Part shown: in pieces, positions 17,550 to 28,900 of the stretch
Layout: every line of letters starts with the position of its first letter
Position numbering within the stretch: position 1 is the stretch's first letter
Assembly (NCBI GenBank): GCA_027492935.1
Contig: JAPUDU010000206.1
Location: 4,291 to 55,655 of the forward strand
Length of the DNA: 51,365 nucleotides
DNA from: Fimbriimonadaceae bacterium
Lineage (GTDB): Bacteria > Armatimonadota > Fimbriimonadia > Fimbriimonadales > Fimbriimonadaceae
Direction of reading: 5' to 3'
Notes under the pieces: model-generated
What the model saw: only the letters and a program-made list of their open reading frames with translations
Database searches by the model: none
What the model was told of the DNA's origin: nothing
Made by a program: the position numbers and the translations under genes

Positions 17550-18737
17550 CTAAAAGCAGATGTGCATCCCATTGCCAATCGCCACTGAAAAAGATTGCTT
17601 CAACCGCTCATATTCGGCGGGGTCACCCTTTTTCAAGCTCATCGAAACATTTCTGTAAGGATCCATTCTCTCAACCGACATCCCAAGTGCCGAGCCCAAG
17701 AACTTATCCAAATTATTCATCTGAGATGAACCACCAGTGATCATCATCATGTCAACTTCGCCACCCTTAGTCTTGTAGTAATCCACCGACCGGCGCAACT
17801 CAGCAACAAGCTCATCAAGCGCGTTAGCTACGGCGGTGTAAAGACCATTGGGGTCTTGCACTGCAGGAGTCGCATCCGGAACCGGAGGAGTATCTGCCGC
17901 CATTGTCGGCTCACTCGCATCCGCGAACGGGTTGTAACTCGCCACGGGGGCTGAACCAGCGAATGGGTTAAAGGTAGGAGCCGGGGTCGCATCTTCAGGA
18001 AGCGACAACTGCTCGTGCTTCATGCGCTCCGCATCGTCAAAAGAAACTCCCTTTGAATCAGCAATCGCGCGGGTGAACATTTCTCCCCCGACTGGCACGG
18101 AACGAGCGAAAAGCAATCGCTCATTCTTGAAAATGTTAATGGATGTTGTCTTGTGTCCAATTTCAGCCACACAGACTGTTTTTGCCCCTGCTTCGCTGCT
18201 GTAGCTCGCGGCCATCGATCGCAAAACACTCAATGGTTCAACATCAAGCGCATGCGTCTTCTTGCCTGCTCGCTTGAGCAAATCAACTTGCATTTCAACC
18301 CCAGATCGGGTTGCAATCGCCATTACGACATCCAAATTTTGTGATGCCGGGTCAGCAAGAGGATAAGCCTTAAAATCTGATTCAACCGTGCTTTCTGCAA
18401 ACGGAATGTTGCGGGTGAATTCCCACGCCATGTGGTCTTTCAATTCACTTTCGCTCATGTTCGGAACTTCAAGAGGTCGAACTAAAACCGCCCCTTGTCC
18501 AAACAACGAACTAACCGCATCGGTCACGCTCGCTCCAGATTCCATTACGGCTTGCTTAAGCGCAACCGCAATTTGCTCAGGATCGTTAATGCCAACGTGG
18601 TCAACCGCACCCGGAGGGGTCGGGGCCATGCCCAATGCAGTGATCACCGGTTGCCCGCCTTGAAGACGTATTTCTGCAACCTTCACCGACTGGCTGCCGA
18701 TGTCTACTCCCAAAACGCTGTTCAGTCTTTTCGCCAT
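17550..18737 (-). CDS. pilM: Type IV pilus assembly protein PilM (actin-like)
   Basis: LGVDIGSQSVKVAE, EIGHKTT, GGEMFT, ELRRSVDYY, ITGGSS. Start placed at MAKRL. Confidence 0.92.
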   Translation of the reverse strand: MAKRLNSVLGVDIGSQSVKVAEIRLQGGQPVITALGMAPTPPGAVDHVGINDPEQIAVALKQAVMESGASVTDAVSSLFGQGAVLVRPLEVPNMSESELKDHMAWEFTRNIPFAESTVESDFKAYPLADPASQNLDVVMAIATRSGVEMQVDLLKRAGKKTHALDVEPLSVLRSMAASYSSEAGAKTVCVAEIGHKTTSINIFKNERLLFARSVPVGGEMFTRAIADSKGVSFDDAERMKHEQLSLPEDATPAPTFNPFAGSAPVASYNPFADASEPTMAADTPPVPDATPAVQDPNGLYTAVANALDELVAELRRSVDYYKTKGGEVDMMMITGGSSQMNNLDKFLGSALGMSVERMDPYRNVSMSLKKGDPAEYERLKQSFSVAIGNGMHICF

Positions 18738-18770
18738 AACGGAAACCCGCTCTGCCCTACAAGCCAAATG

Positions 18771-18800
18771 ATCTTAGCACTCAGGCTCGCCCAGAGTCAA
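18771..18800 (-). promoter_or_regulatory. Putative sigma70-type promoter of the pilM operon
   Basis: Minus strand TTGACT-N18-TAAGAT with an extended -10 TG. Confidence 0.45.
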
Positions 18801-18877
18801 CACCAAAGCGAATACTTTTGCCCTGATCTCAACGATTAACCAGACGAAAATTATTGCCCTAATGGTTACAAATCTTT

Positions 18878-18919
18878 AAAAAGAAATAAGGTTCGCCGCA
18901 ATTTGCGGCGAACCTTATT
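18878..18919 (-). terminator. Intrinsic terminator after the 2334-aa gene
   Basis: 17-bp perfect inverted repeat AATAAGGTTCGCCGCAA/TTGCGGCGAACCTTATT with a T-rich run on the minus strand. Confidence 0.85.
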
Positions 18920-18942
18920 CTCAAACTCATCAAAAAGATGAG

Positions 18943-21900
18943 TTATTGGCGCTGAACACGCGATGTTGTTTTCGGTGAATAAGTTTGGAAGAACACGTCT
19001 TGTGAACCAGATCGTGTACTGCTCCAAATCATCCACAGCATCGGCGGACGCCGCAACATAAGCGACGTATTGTTAGTTTGTACACGGTCAAGAGACATAA
19101 AGAAGTCGCCTTCTTGTCCAACTTGCTCGATGGGAACCAACTGCTCACCCGTCTCAACAATCATCGACACCCGGCCTTGAACCTGCAGGTTCGGTAACAA
19201 CTGACCATTGATGTCAATGCCCGTGTATGTTACGGTCGGATTCGTGCCTTCGTCAATTGCCGGCATATACAACTTGCCGCTAATCGGATCAACCTGAACT
19301 GTATTGCTCGTCAGACCCGTCACGTTCAAGTTGTAAGGAAGGCCAGTATTGGGATTAATCGCAACCGGAGTCATCAAGTGCAGACCAAATCGCATTGTGC
19401 TGATAACTGGTCGCGCTGATGAAGCACCGTCATTCGATGTCCTGTTGAACGAGATGTAATAACGATCCTGAGTTCTGACGCCCGGTGCAATCGCTGCACC
19501 AACACCCGAATACCAGAAGTTGTTATCTTCCAACAGGTTTCTAAACGGTTGCGTAGGATCATTGTAAACCCCAAGCAAGCGATCATCGTAAACCGCCGAA
19601 GCACCACGATAGTTCGCACCCGCACTCACATTTGCTTGAGCAATTTCGCCTGTACCAATTCGGAACGCTGTTGAAGCACCGCTGACCCGAACGAACTTAG
19701 GCGAGTACCGCGCAAAGATCTGCGTGTTTCGGCCCGTAGCAACGCCACTCAATCGAATCGAACCACGTCGCGCATCGATATAGACTTTTCCGCCATTCGG
19801 GCTTTCAAAGACCATCTCACGCGTTTCGCGGTCAATCACTCGTGATCGCATATGCGCCGGTACCGCCGGATTGTTATTGACAAGGGGAGTCAACGTACCA
19901 GTAACCGGATTCAGAATCAGCAACTCGAACGCATTAACATCAGCCGGAGCCATCGCCCAGTCCACACCCGGTGTCCAGAAAGTTCCAGTTGAAGGATCAT
20001 AATCGAGCCGATCCAGACGATCTTCAAAGTACGTCCACTGTTGATTCGCAACCGGCATCCCTACGTTATCAACCGAAAGCTGGCCATAAAATGCTTCCGC
20101 ATTCTGCCGCCCACGTACTTGACCAGTAAAGAATGCATCAATCACTGCACCCGATGGACTTACAGCAGTAGTAACTCCTCGAAGATTAACGGAAATTCCG
20201 GAAATTTCTTCAAAGATTGAACCAACACCCAGTGACTGAACATTGTTAAATGCAGTTCCGTCAAAGTTCGCGGAATAAATTTCCGTTCGTCCTGCCGATT
20301 GTGCCGGATAGAACACTGCAACATTGCCACCTTCCTGCACAATAGCCGGACGACCCTTCTTGGAAGTTGGATCAGTAGCAATCGGGAAAATACCATTCAT
20401 TGGGCCGGTATTCACCCGAGTAACCGTGTTCGTAAAGTCCATGTTCGCTAGCATGATTTGACTCAAATCAATCTTGCTACCTGTGCGATCCTGCTTCGTC
20501 GTTTCACCAACAAACGCCATGTAGCGATTAGAAGGAGTCGTTCGAGTTGGAGTCGCCGGATCAAGCGGATTGATGAACATTTGACTTCCGAAAGTCGGGT
20601 AAATGAAGCGAGCTGAATTATCAACCGTTGGAGAAACCAATGTCTCGCCAGCCCCAACCGCAAACCAGTTGTTCCACTCATTACCAAGTGGCAACTGAGC
20701 TCGGTAGCCAAGCCATTGAGTCGCGCTGTCCGGAGTAACAAAGTTCAAATCAGCGATCGGACTTTGTGATGGAAGCGGGTTGCTACCAGCCGTTGCAGAG
20801 CTACCGAAGTAGATTCTCCAAATGCTTTGATTGCGACCGTCTGCTGAGACTCGTGCCCGCGGATTAAGCGCCGCACCAGCAACATCTTCACGGTTCGAGC
20901 TAAAGGCAAAGTAGAAATCGCCCGTTGCACGTCGCGCAATCGTTGGCTGTCGACTCGTCCAGTTAAATCCAGCGTCACCGACCGGAACCGTATCGAATAC
21001 TCGGAAACTCTTCGCTGTCGATTGATTCGTCAACCGAGTTTCACGAATGTTGAACTTCAATGTGATTGAAGGATTCGTGTACGTTTCAGGAACCAGACCA
21101 GTACTACCAAGGTAATAACCAAGCGTCGGATATGCCGCACCGTAGTCCGCCGATCCCGCCAAAGTATCTTCAAAGAGATAAATCTGGCGGACGTAGGAAC
21201 CAACCGGTGTACCAAGCGGAGCCGCAACCCCAACATAAGGGTCACCACCCGGGAATAACGTCGTGTTAGCAATCAACGATCCCGAAAGAACATTCAAGTT
21301 GCTGTTTTGTCGTCGTCGTGGGTTCGTACTCAATCGTGACGGAGCGGGGTCGCCCGGTCGCGGTTTTTGCAAGAACACATTGCCATTCGCACTCACTCCA
21401 GCTCGAGCAATCGGGCTCAAGAGTGGGTCAAGGTCGCTATAAAGAGCCGCCGAAGCATCAAGCCACGCCAGTTCATGTTGTGATGGCGAGTACAGCTCAA
21501 GTGGTCGTTCAGTTTGTGTGAAACCATTCAATACGCTCACCCGTCGGCTCACCCGAACGTTCAACAAGTTCACGTTGCCTTCATTAAAGCCCGTGATGTT
21601 TTGGAACTGAGGTGCATTCACATTCAAGAACCCAGGATTGTAAGGAGCAAAGCTTCCCGCAGCCGTTGGGAACGAAGGTTGACCATTCACGCTGTCATAG
21701 AATCCACCACCACCCGGCAATGAACCCAAATCAACCGTTTTGGTTGAGGTACTAATGTTTTCGTTAACTCCAACGTTCGCGGCCATCGTGAATCGTCGGC
21801 CCGGATCATTTCCGTCAAATCCCGGAGTTCGGTTATCAACGTAAACGATGCTGTCAGAAACGTAACCGCTCGGTCGCAGACCATTTGTAACGGTTGCCGG

Positions 21901-24900
21901 TTGGAATTGCGGAATGTTCAATTGTACACGGAACACGGTCGCATTCAAACCACGATTCAAGCCAGCTTCATATCCTGCCGCAGTTCGGTACGTAGCCAAG
22001 TCTGCTGCTGTATATGTCGATCCGGTCAAAGTCGCCCCTGCACCTTCGTACAGTGGGTTTCCAGCACCACCAGAGTTACTGAATGCCAAGCCAGATCGGC
22101 TCAAGTCAGGGTAATCCAAGCTGGTATTCGGATAAGAAAGCGGAAGGTCTTCGAATCCATTGGCATAGTTCGGCAATGGATTGTAAACGCCTGCCGTAGC
22201 CGCATCGGTTGGTTGAAGAACGCTAGCCGGTTGCCAAGCAAAATCATTTGCTTGAACCTGAACACCAGGAATGCCTGATCGGTTCAACAACGCAAACAGT
22301 GAGCGATCATAAATTCGCATTTGCGAAAGTCCACTCGAGTTGTGGCTAACCGGATCAGCTCCACCTACCGTTGAGCTAAACCACCCGCCCGGAACCGCAG
22401 TTGATGCCGGAGGAGCAACAAACGCATTTGTCCATTTATTGAACGGAGTAGCACCTCCAATGACACCACCTGGCAAATTGCCTTGTACGAGAGGGTCAGT
22501 TGGATTGATCGTCACACCTGCTCCGTTAAAGAGCGGACTTCCAAACTGAGGCATCTCAATTCCAAGCGGATTTGCCATCGTCAGTTCAGCCGCAGCCGGA
22601 GTATTTCCAGCTACAAATGCCAACTGCTGAGGTGTACCGCGTACACCCGCACGACCACCGGTGTTGCTCATTACCGCACTGACTTCAAATGAGATGTCAC
22701 CCGGCGTCAATCCACGGGAACCCTTTATCAAAAGCGGGAATGTCATAAATCCAACCCCACTTTCTTCCGGAGTCGGAGCACCACCAACGTTGTAAACGTT
22801 TGCGTTCTGTGAAGTTGCCGTGACACCGGATGAAGCCGTAAAGCTCAAACGGTATCCCGTTGTTCCCGGAACACTCGTTCCGTGAATATCGAAAACTGCC
22901 ACATAAAGACTCTCTGAACCTTCAAAGTTTCGACGCTGAATTGCTGCGGATTTGTAAGCAGTGATATCTGCGTAAGTTAACGTTCCCGCATTAGCCTTGC
23001 TTTCAAGGTCTCGATACTCATTTGGCGAGAGCAATACAAAGTCGTCTTGCTCAATCATGTTGTTCAGCAAATCGGCATCAGGATCGCCCGGATTCGCATT
23101 CTCAAATCCTGGAGGAATACCTGGTGTATATGGCGCAACGCCGTTTACATCATCCTCACTCGAGAACGCATACAGAAGACCATCCGCATCACCAATGTAA
23201 AGGTGACTACGATTCGCCAGGAATCCAGGCGCATTTGGCCAACCGCCAACTGCAAAGCTTGCAAGTTGGAGACCGGTGCTTTCTACAAAGTAACCCCAGT
23301 TACGGCGATTACCATTTGCGTTTAAAGCTCCATTAGCATAGAAACCGATCAAGGCACCTTGTGATGAAGCAACCAGAACCGTAGGAACTGCATTATCAAT
23401 AAAGGTTCCTGTCGGATCGTAAACTCGCATGTAAGCAAATCGCAAACTTGCAAGTGATGCACTCGGAACAGAAGCTTCTTCCCAGTTAACTACGCCCGTA
23501 GCCGCATCAAAACTGGTGATGTATCCGCCACTGTCAACAAAGTAAATTGAATCATTGGCAACAATCGGAGCTTCAACCGCAACCGGTGAAGCCGACCCAA
23601 AGAGGCCAAAATCAGTGATGCCATCAGCCCGTTCAGTGCGCTGCCAAATCAATGCACCTGTATCTTCATCAAGGCAGTAAATCACGCCGTGATCAGGATT
23701 CGCTGCATCTTCGCCAGCAATGTAAACACGACCAAAGGCCACAACCGGAGTCATGTTAATGCCTTGAACGATGCCTGTCGTCGGTGGCCATTGCCAAAGA
23801 ACAGTCGTTGTCTTCGAACCTGGCGTACCATTTGCATCCACTGCAAAAACTTGGCGTTCGCCCGGAACGACAATCGCCGGAGTACCAGCCACGTCAGCCA
23901 AAGCTACCGAACCACGAATTGAACCAATGTTAGTTGGAGTCAACGTCGCGCCAGGATTAGATGGATCATAGTCATCCGGGAAAGTCCAGCGGCGGCGAGT
24001 TGTTCCATCGCCTCGACCAGCCATTTCCAATGAATAAACTCGACCATTTTCTGAACCGATAAAGGCAAGATCAACGCCACCCACGTTCGCAACAAGCGGT
24101 GATGTCATGCCAAATTGGGTCGGAGTCGAAGCAATCCCACCATCTTCCAATGCTGCCGCATTCGGATCAGTTGTTGGATCTTCACTTGGCCATGTCCAGA
24201 AGACATTCGGAGCCGTGCCCGTTGCTTCGTTACCATGGGCTTCCATCGCCACAACAGTTCCATTTTCACGCGCCGCAACCACAACATCAACTGCTGTTGG
24301 GCCAGGTGTGTTAACTGTTGCCACGGTTTCAACTGGGGTTGCTGTAATGCCAAGATCAGCATCACCAACAAATCGAACCGCGTCCGCAATAACCGAACGA
24401 CCATCCGTAACGTCTTGAGCCGATCCGCTATTCAAAATGCGAACAGTTAAGTCGCCCGCCAAACCATTGTTATGATCAAATCCTTCACCTTGGTTAGGAA
24501 GACGAACCCAGTTATTGCTCGTTGACTGATTCAAAACCCGAGTTGCAACCAATGTGCCGCCTTGTCGAATCTCATAAGTGACTTCAGTCGCCAAGTCAGT
24601 TACTGCATCGTCAGAAGGCAATCGAACTTCGATGAAGTATTTGCCCGGCAATGCTTCCGGTGCCCACTCAGAAAATGTTGTCGGAGCCGCTACAACCGGA
24701 GTAACCAAGTAATCAGGGCCAACTGAATTGAATACAGCGGCATTCGCAAAGCCGACGCCAACGGTTGTCGCCGCACTCAAGTTATCCGCTTGGCGGAAAA
24801 CCAAATGTCGAGGATAGTTTGCATTCACGCCACCCGCAATCCAATTCTGGCGTTCAACCGCATATCGATCAGATTCTAGAGTCGAAAGGTCAAACGGTCG

Positions 24901-25947
24901 AACCGCTGGCCAACTCCAAACCATGTTGCGTCGCAAAGGAGCGCCCGCATCAACGACCGCACCATTGTGCGTAAAGGAAGTCAAAATTCCAAATCGAACT
25001 GCTTTGTTCAAAGAGCCGATGAACGTATCTTCGTTTCTTGCCGTAACAACCCGTTGATCAAATACTGTTGGTTGACCATCAAGTCGAGGCTGAAGCAACT
25101 GACCAACGACTGGCGAAGCAACGTAGTTGCCTTGACCTCGCGGTGAACGATTCACCGCTTGCGCTGCATCAGCGTAAACAATGTCAACGCCCGGCTGATC
25201 AGTATTGTCAATCAAAGTTCCAAAGTCATTTCGGCGACAAACGTTATAAAGCGTAACTGTAATAACGCCACCCGCCGTGGAAGTGAACATTTGACCATCG
25301 TTGATCGCGGTGTAACCACCCGCCGATTCACGCATGTCAAGCCAATGGAATGTCGTACCCGCAGCGTCAGTAACGCTGTACAACTGGTAGTGAGGTGTAA
25401 ACCGAATGTCTGCCGCACCTAACGGATTAACGTTAGTTGGACCAATCGGCAAATTGATTTCAATTTGAAACTCAGAGCTAGCCGCTAATGTCGTGAAGTT
25501 CCAAGTGTAAGCCGCCGTAGCGCCGGCCGATGGATTTCCTTCATTCCCACCTGTAGGTGATGTTGTTGCATGAAGATAAGGGGCTTCACCCGCCGTATCC
25601 GTAACAAAGAAGCTGGCAAGCGAGATATCTCCACCGATCGGAGCCGGATTATTCCAAAGACCAAGCGACGGGAATGTCCCCGTGTCCCCATTGTCCAAAG
25701 CCGCTCCATTTTCAAAAATGGGATCCCACCATCGCAAGAAACCGCGACCAGCGTTGCCCCAAACCGTTTCAGCCACAGCCGTAGATGCTTGAAGCGTACT
25801 CCTCCCTGTTCGTTCATTGCTTCCCGAAAATGTTCGAAAATCCTGAGCGTTCAAAATGCCAAACGCGGCGACCAAAATAGTCGCTACAAACGTCCTTGGC
25901 AACCAATTAGTCCGCATGTGGTTTTTTTCCATAGGGTTCACCTTCAT
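18943..25947 (-). CDS. Giant secreted beta-rich protein (golvesin/Xly-like modules and PQQ-type beta-propeller); putative PilY1-like tip adhesin
   Basis: Signal peptide; VIADAVRF and VYADAAQ motifs; propeller blades (FIGSENGRVYSL, YCLDEDTGALIW, FDAATGVVNW, YIGDADGLLYAF); last gene of the minor pilin run. Confidence 0.75.
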   Translation of the reverse strand: MKVNPMEKNHMRTNWLPRTFVATILVAAFGILNAQDFRTFSGSNERTGRSTLQASTAVAETVWGNAGRGFLRWWDPIFENGAALDNGDTGTFPSLGLWNNPAPIGGDISLASFFVTDTAGEAPYLHATTSPTGGNEGNPSAGATAAYTWNFTTLAASSEFQIEINLPIGPTNVNPLGAADIRFTPHYQLYSVTDAAGTTFHWLDMRESAGGYTAINDGQMFTSTAGGVITVTLYNVCRRNDFGTLIDNTDQPGVDIVYADAAQAVNRSPRGQGNYVASPVVGQLLQPRLDGQPTVFDQRVVTARNEDTFIGSLNKAVRFGILTSFTHNGAVVDAGAPLRRNMVWSWPAVRPFDLSTLESDRYAVERQNWIAGGVNANYPRHLVFRQADNLSAATTVGVGFANAAVFNSVGPDYLVTPVVAAPTTFSEWAPEALPGKYFIEVRLPSDDAVTDLATEVTYEIRQGGTLVATRVLNQSTSNNWVRLPNQGEGFDHNNGLAGDLTVRILNSGSAQDVTDGRSVIADAVRFVGDADLGITATPVETVATVNTPGPTAVDVVVAARENGTVVAMEAHGNEATGTAPNVFWTWPSEDPTTDPNAAALEDGGIASTPTQFGMTSPLVANVGGVDLAFIGSENGRVYSLEMAGRGDGTTRRRWTFPDDYDPSNPGATLTPTNIGSIRGSVALADVAGTPAIVVPGERQVFAVDANGTPGSKTTTVLWQWPPTTGIVQGINMTPVVAFGRVYIAGEDAANPDHGVIYCLDEDTGALIWQRTERADGITDFGLFGSASPVAVEAPIVANDSIYFVDSGGYITSFDAATGVVNWEEASVPSASLASLRFAYMRVYDPTGTFIDNAVPTVLVASSQGALIGFYANGALNANGNRRNWGYFVESTGLQLASFAVGGWPNAPGFLANRSHLYIGDADGLLYAFSSEDDVNGVAPYTPGIPPGFENANPGDPDADLLNNMIEQDDFVLLSPNEYRDLESKANAGTLTYADITAYKSAAIQRRNFEGSESLYVAVFDIHGTSVPGTTGYRLSFTASSGVTATSQNANVYNVGGAPTPEESGVGFMTFPLLIKGSRGLTPGDISFEVSAVMSNTGGRAGVRGTPQQLAFVAGNTPAAAELTMANPLGIEMPQFGSPLFNGAGVTINPTDPLVQGNLPGGVIGGATPFNKWTNAFVAPPASTAVPGGWFSSTVGGADPVSHNSSGLSQMRIYDRSLFALLNRSGIPGVQVQANDFAWQPASVLQPTDAATAGVYNPLPNYANGFEDLPLSYPNTSLDYPDLSRSGLAFSNSGGAGNPLYEGAGATLTGSTYTAADLATYRTAAGYEAGLNRGLNATVFRVQLNIPQFQPATVTNGLRPSGYVSDSIVYVDNRTPGFDGNDPGRRFTMAANVGVNENISTSTKTVDLGSLPGGGGFYDSVNGQPSFPTAAGSFAPYNPGFLNVNAPQFQNITGFNEGNVNLLNVRVSRRVSVLNGFTQTERPLELYSPSQHELAWLDASAALYSDLDPLLSPIARAGVSANGNVFLQKPRPGDPAPSRLSTNPRRRQNSNLNVLSGSLIANTTLFPGGDPYVGVAAPLGTPVGSYVRQIYLFEDTLAGSADYGAAYPTLGYYLGSTGLVPETYTNPSITLKFNIRETRLTNQSTAKSFRVFDTVPVGDAGFNWTSRQPTIARRATGDFYFAFSSNREDVAGAALNPRARVSADGRNQSIWRIYFGSSATAGSNPLPSQSPIADLNFVTPDSATQWLGYRAQLPLGNEWNNWFAVGAGETLVSPTVDNSARFIYPTFGSQMFINPLDPATPTRTTPSNRYMAFVGETTKQDRTGSKIDLSQIMLANMDFTNTVTRVNTGPMNGIFPIATDPTSKKGRPAIVQEGGNVAVFYPAQSAGRTEIYSANFDGTAFNNVQSLGVGSIFEEISGISVNLRGVTTAVSPSGAVIDAFFTGQVRGRQNAEAFYGQLSVDNVGMPVANQQWTYFEDRLDRLDYDPSTGTFWTPGVDWAMAPADVNAFELLILNPVTGTLTPLVNNNPAVPAHMRSRVIDRETREMVFESPNGGKVYIDARRGSIRLSGVATGRNTQIFARYSPKFVRVSGASTAFRIGTGEIAQANVSAGANYRGASAVYDDRLLGVYNDPTQPFRNLLEDNNFWYSGVGAAIAPGVRTQDRYYISFNRTSNDGASSARPVISTMRFGLHLMTPVAINPNTGLPYNLNVTGLTSNTVQVDPISGKLYMPAIDEGTNPTVTYTGIDINGQLLPNLQVQGRVSMIVETGEQLVPIEQVGQEGDFFMSLDRVQTNNTSLMLRRPPMLWMIWSSTRSGSQDVFFQTYSPKTTSRVQRQ

Positions 25948-25950
25948 CGC

Positions 25951-28900
25951 TTATTGTCTCTCTGCAAATACTGGTCGGAAAATGCCTCGGATACCTTGAA
26001 CCGGAGGCAATTCAAATTTAATGCTCAGTGAGTTAAAGCCAAAGTTTTGGCGATTCACACTAAAGCTCGGAATTCTGGGGTCAGGCACGTTGCCGATACT
26101 TCCATCAACAATCAAAACCTCACCGCTAAAGTTGCTGTTGTCTTTCTTGGTACCGGAGTAACCATTGACAACCAGCACATCACCCGAATCCATTCGCCGG
26201 GCATGCATTGGCCTAAATCCTTGCGGATTGTCACCAAGTTGAGCTTGCGTATAACTCGCAAATACTCCCACCGGTCGGCGCATAAACTCATACACTTCAA
26301 CCGGCAACATCCAAATCACTTCCCAGTAAGGAGTGGGGCCAGATGTGTTCTCCACAACTTCAAATACGCCACGATCCGTTGAAAGCATAACTGTCAAGAT
26401 CGGGCCGCCACCAAAGTCGTTATAACGAACCGTAACCGAAGTCAATCCGCTCACCTTGTAAGTCTGAGCCGCTCGAGCTGGCAAGTTGAACGCAAAGTTC
26501 GGCCCAGCTGTTCCCATCAAAACGTTTGCGGGAGTAGCAGGAACAACAAACTCGTTGATAACTTTCGTTTGAGGACCATCGTAAATGATTGCTCCACCAA
26601 AGCCACCGGGATTGTCACCGCGAGCACTCGGATTTGTATCCAAACCAAAAGTACGTTGACTTGGCTGAATGTTATTGAACCCAAGAGCATAAGCTGTTCG
26701 TGGCGTGCCGCCAACATCAATCGTCGTTCGACCAATGGAGTTATAGGCGTAACGTTTACCCGTGAACTCTTCCGGTGAGTGCCACCAAAGAATGCCCAAC
26801 GCTGGAGTCAAGTTGTTCGGATCTTCGTTGTCAGTTCGATCAACATAGCGAACAACACCCGTGACTCGACCATTGGCGTCAAGCATATAACGGTCAATCA
26901 GCTGAACAACACGGTTATTTCCGGCATCAGCAATCAACCAGTTATCCCATCGCTCATTTGTATATGTGCGATAAGCACCTTCACTGGGGAACAGTCGCTG
27001 AACATCAGCTGCCGTTACAGAAGTTGACCAGAAAGCCACATCCTGCGGATTGCGCAACAGCTTCGATTCATTCGGACCTTGACCGCGTGGGCTTTGCTCA
27101 GGGCGGGCCGGATCGGTCGTTGCAAACACATCTTCATGGAACCGAAGCTTAGTAATCGAACGAACCTCTCTGCCAGCTGCATCCATTCGTGCAACAAGGT
27201 TGTTGCCCGGATCAACGAAGACATAGCCATTCGATCCATCGGGATAAACGCGATTGGGCGAGCTTAAATTCCGAGCACGTTCAGCAATGTTAGGTTGGTT
27301 TGTCCCAACTTCAGCCGTACTTTCAATCGACCACAGCGGATTACCACTCGGGTCAAATCGACTGATTCGCCCTGCATCAGCAAGAACAAAGTCACTTCGC
27401 TTAAATAGCGTCGTATTGTTGTCACTCGTAATCGCAATCGAGCCTTCGCCTGCTGCCAGGCCGTGGAAATTACTTTCACCAAGAATCGAAGCCTGCAAAA
27501 CGCGAACCCGGAAGTCATCGATATCAGTAATACCGTTCAGTTGGGGCCATCGCATCGATTTCGCCGCCGTAATATTGTTGAAAACGAACGGAGTAATCGG
27601 GCCATTCGATTTCAGGCTGTACAACTGACTAATCCAAGGCCGCGCCGAAGTCGACACCAAATGGGTATCGCCTGGGCTAACCGTTCGATCCATCCCGTAC
27701 ATCAAGCCATCAAGACCAGTTGGCGGACTCGTAAAACCATTGAGAATCAATGAGGGGAAGAAGCTTGCCCCGCCCAGAATAATGCGTTCACCAGCAATCA
27801 CCGGTCCAACCTGAGCGACATAGCCGTTAATGACCGTGTACCAGTTGAGCTGATTCCATTGGCCACCCGCAAAACCTCTAAAGAAGACACCATTGTTTAC
27901 GGATGATTCCGGTTCATAAATAGTGTCCGTTTGGTTACTACGGCTCACAATGATTGGCAAATTGTTCGCCAGACAAGAATTCAAAGGTCCAACCTTCGAT
28001 GAAGCAAGCGAATTCATACGAATGCGCGCGCGAGTCGTATTAGGAATTGGCTCAATCGAAATTCCAGGCAAGCTCGAAGGTAGCAAGCTAAAGATAACCG
28101 GAGTCGTCGCGTAACCGCTCTTCGACATATCTGGCTGCTTAAAGCTCACCAAACTACTGTCTTGACCCGATCCAACATCAATGATGAATTCCGCATCGTC
28201 CGGAGCTGATTCAAATGAAAGAACCGAAGCTGTTGGAACACCAAAACCAAAGAGAGTTTTGGTAGCGTTTGTCGTTACGATAAACGAATTCCCAGAAACG
28301 GCAATACCCGTCGGACGAATATTGCTCATCGGAGCATCAATCATCGGCACCAGACGAACTAAATCATCTTCATCCACCAAGCTCGGCGGATAGCCAACCG
28401 TAGTTCCAAGTGCTCCAAGATTCTGAATCGCACCATGGAATTCAAATCGGCCCCGAACCAGGAAGCCACCTTGGCCCGTTTCCCGAATGTTGTAATAAGA
28501 ACCACCAGCGGCTCCACTCAGAATCACCCCAATGTTTCCGCTCGGAGCGACTGCCGGAGCCGTCACCATATCGAGGGTTGGTGTTGTTTGGTCTTGGAAC
28601 AAAATAAAACCACGAATGGAAGCATCCATCGAGTTCGTTCCGTTTGTCCAATCAACCATGTAATCGATTCGATAAGTTGGGTCATCTAACGGCGAAGGAG
28701 TCGCAGTACCATCCCAGTCAAATGCACCCAATTGTGCCGGTTGAATCTGAAGCTGAATAACCCCATTACTTGGTTGCAAAACAACCCCAGTAAAGTACGT
28801 CGACATCTGCGCCGCATTCAAAACTTGACCATTCACAATCACCCGGACTGTCAGGCCCTTAGGAGATCGATTACCGGTGTTCATACTAACGCGCAAACCG

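Noticed and set aside
23990-26630. One RGD tripeptide in each giant protein (AGRGDG, SARGDN), reminiscent of the PilY1 integrin-binding RGD
   Set aside because: Roughly one RGD is expected by chance in Gly-rich proteins of this length, and there is no supporting context.
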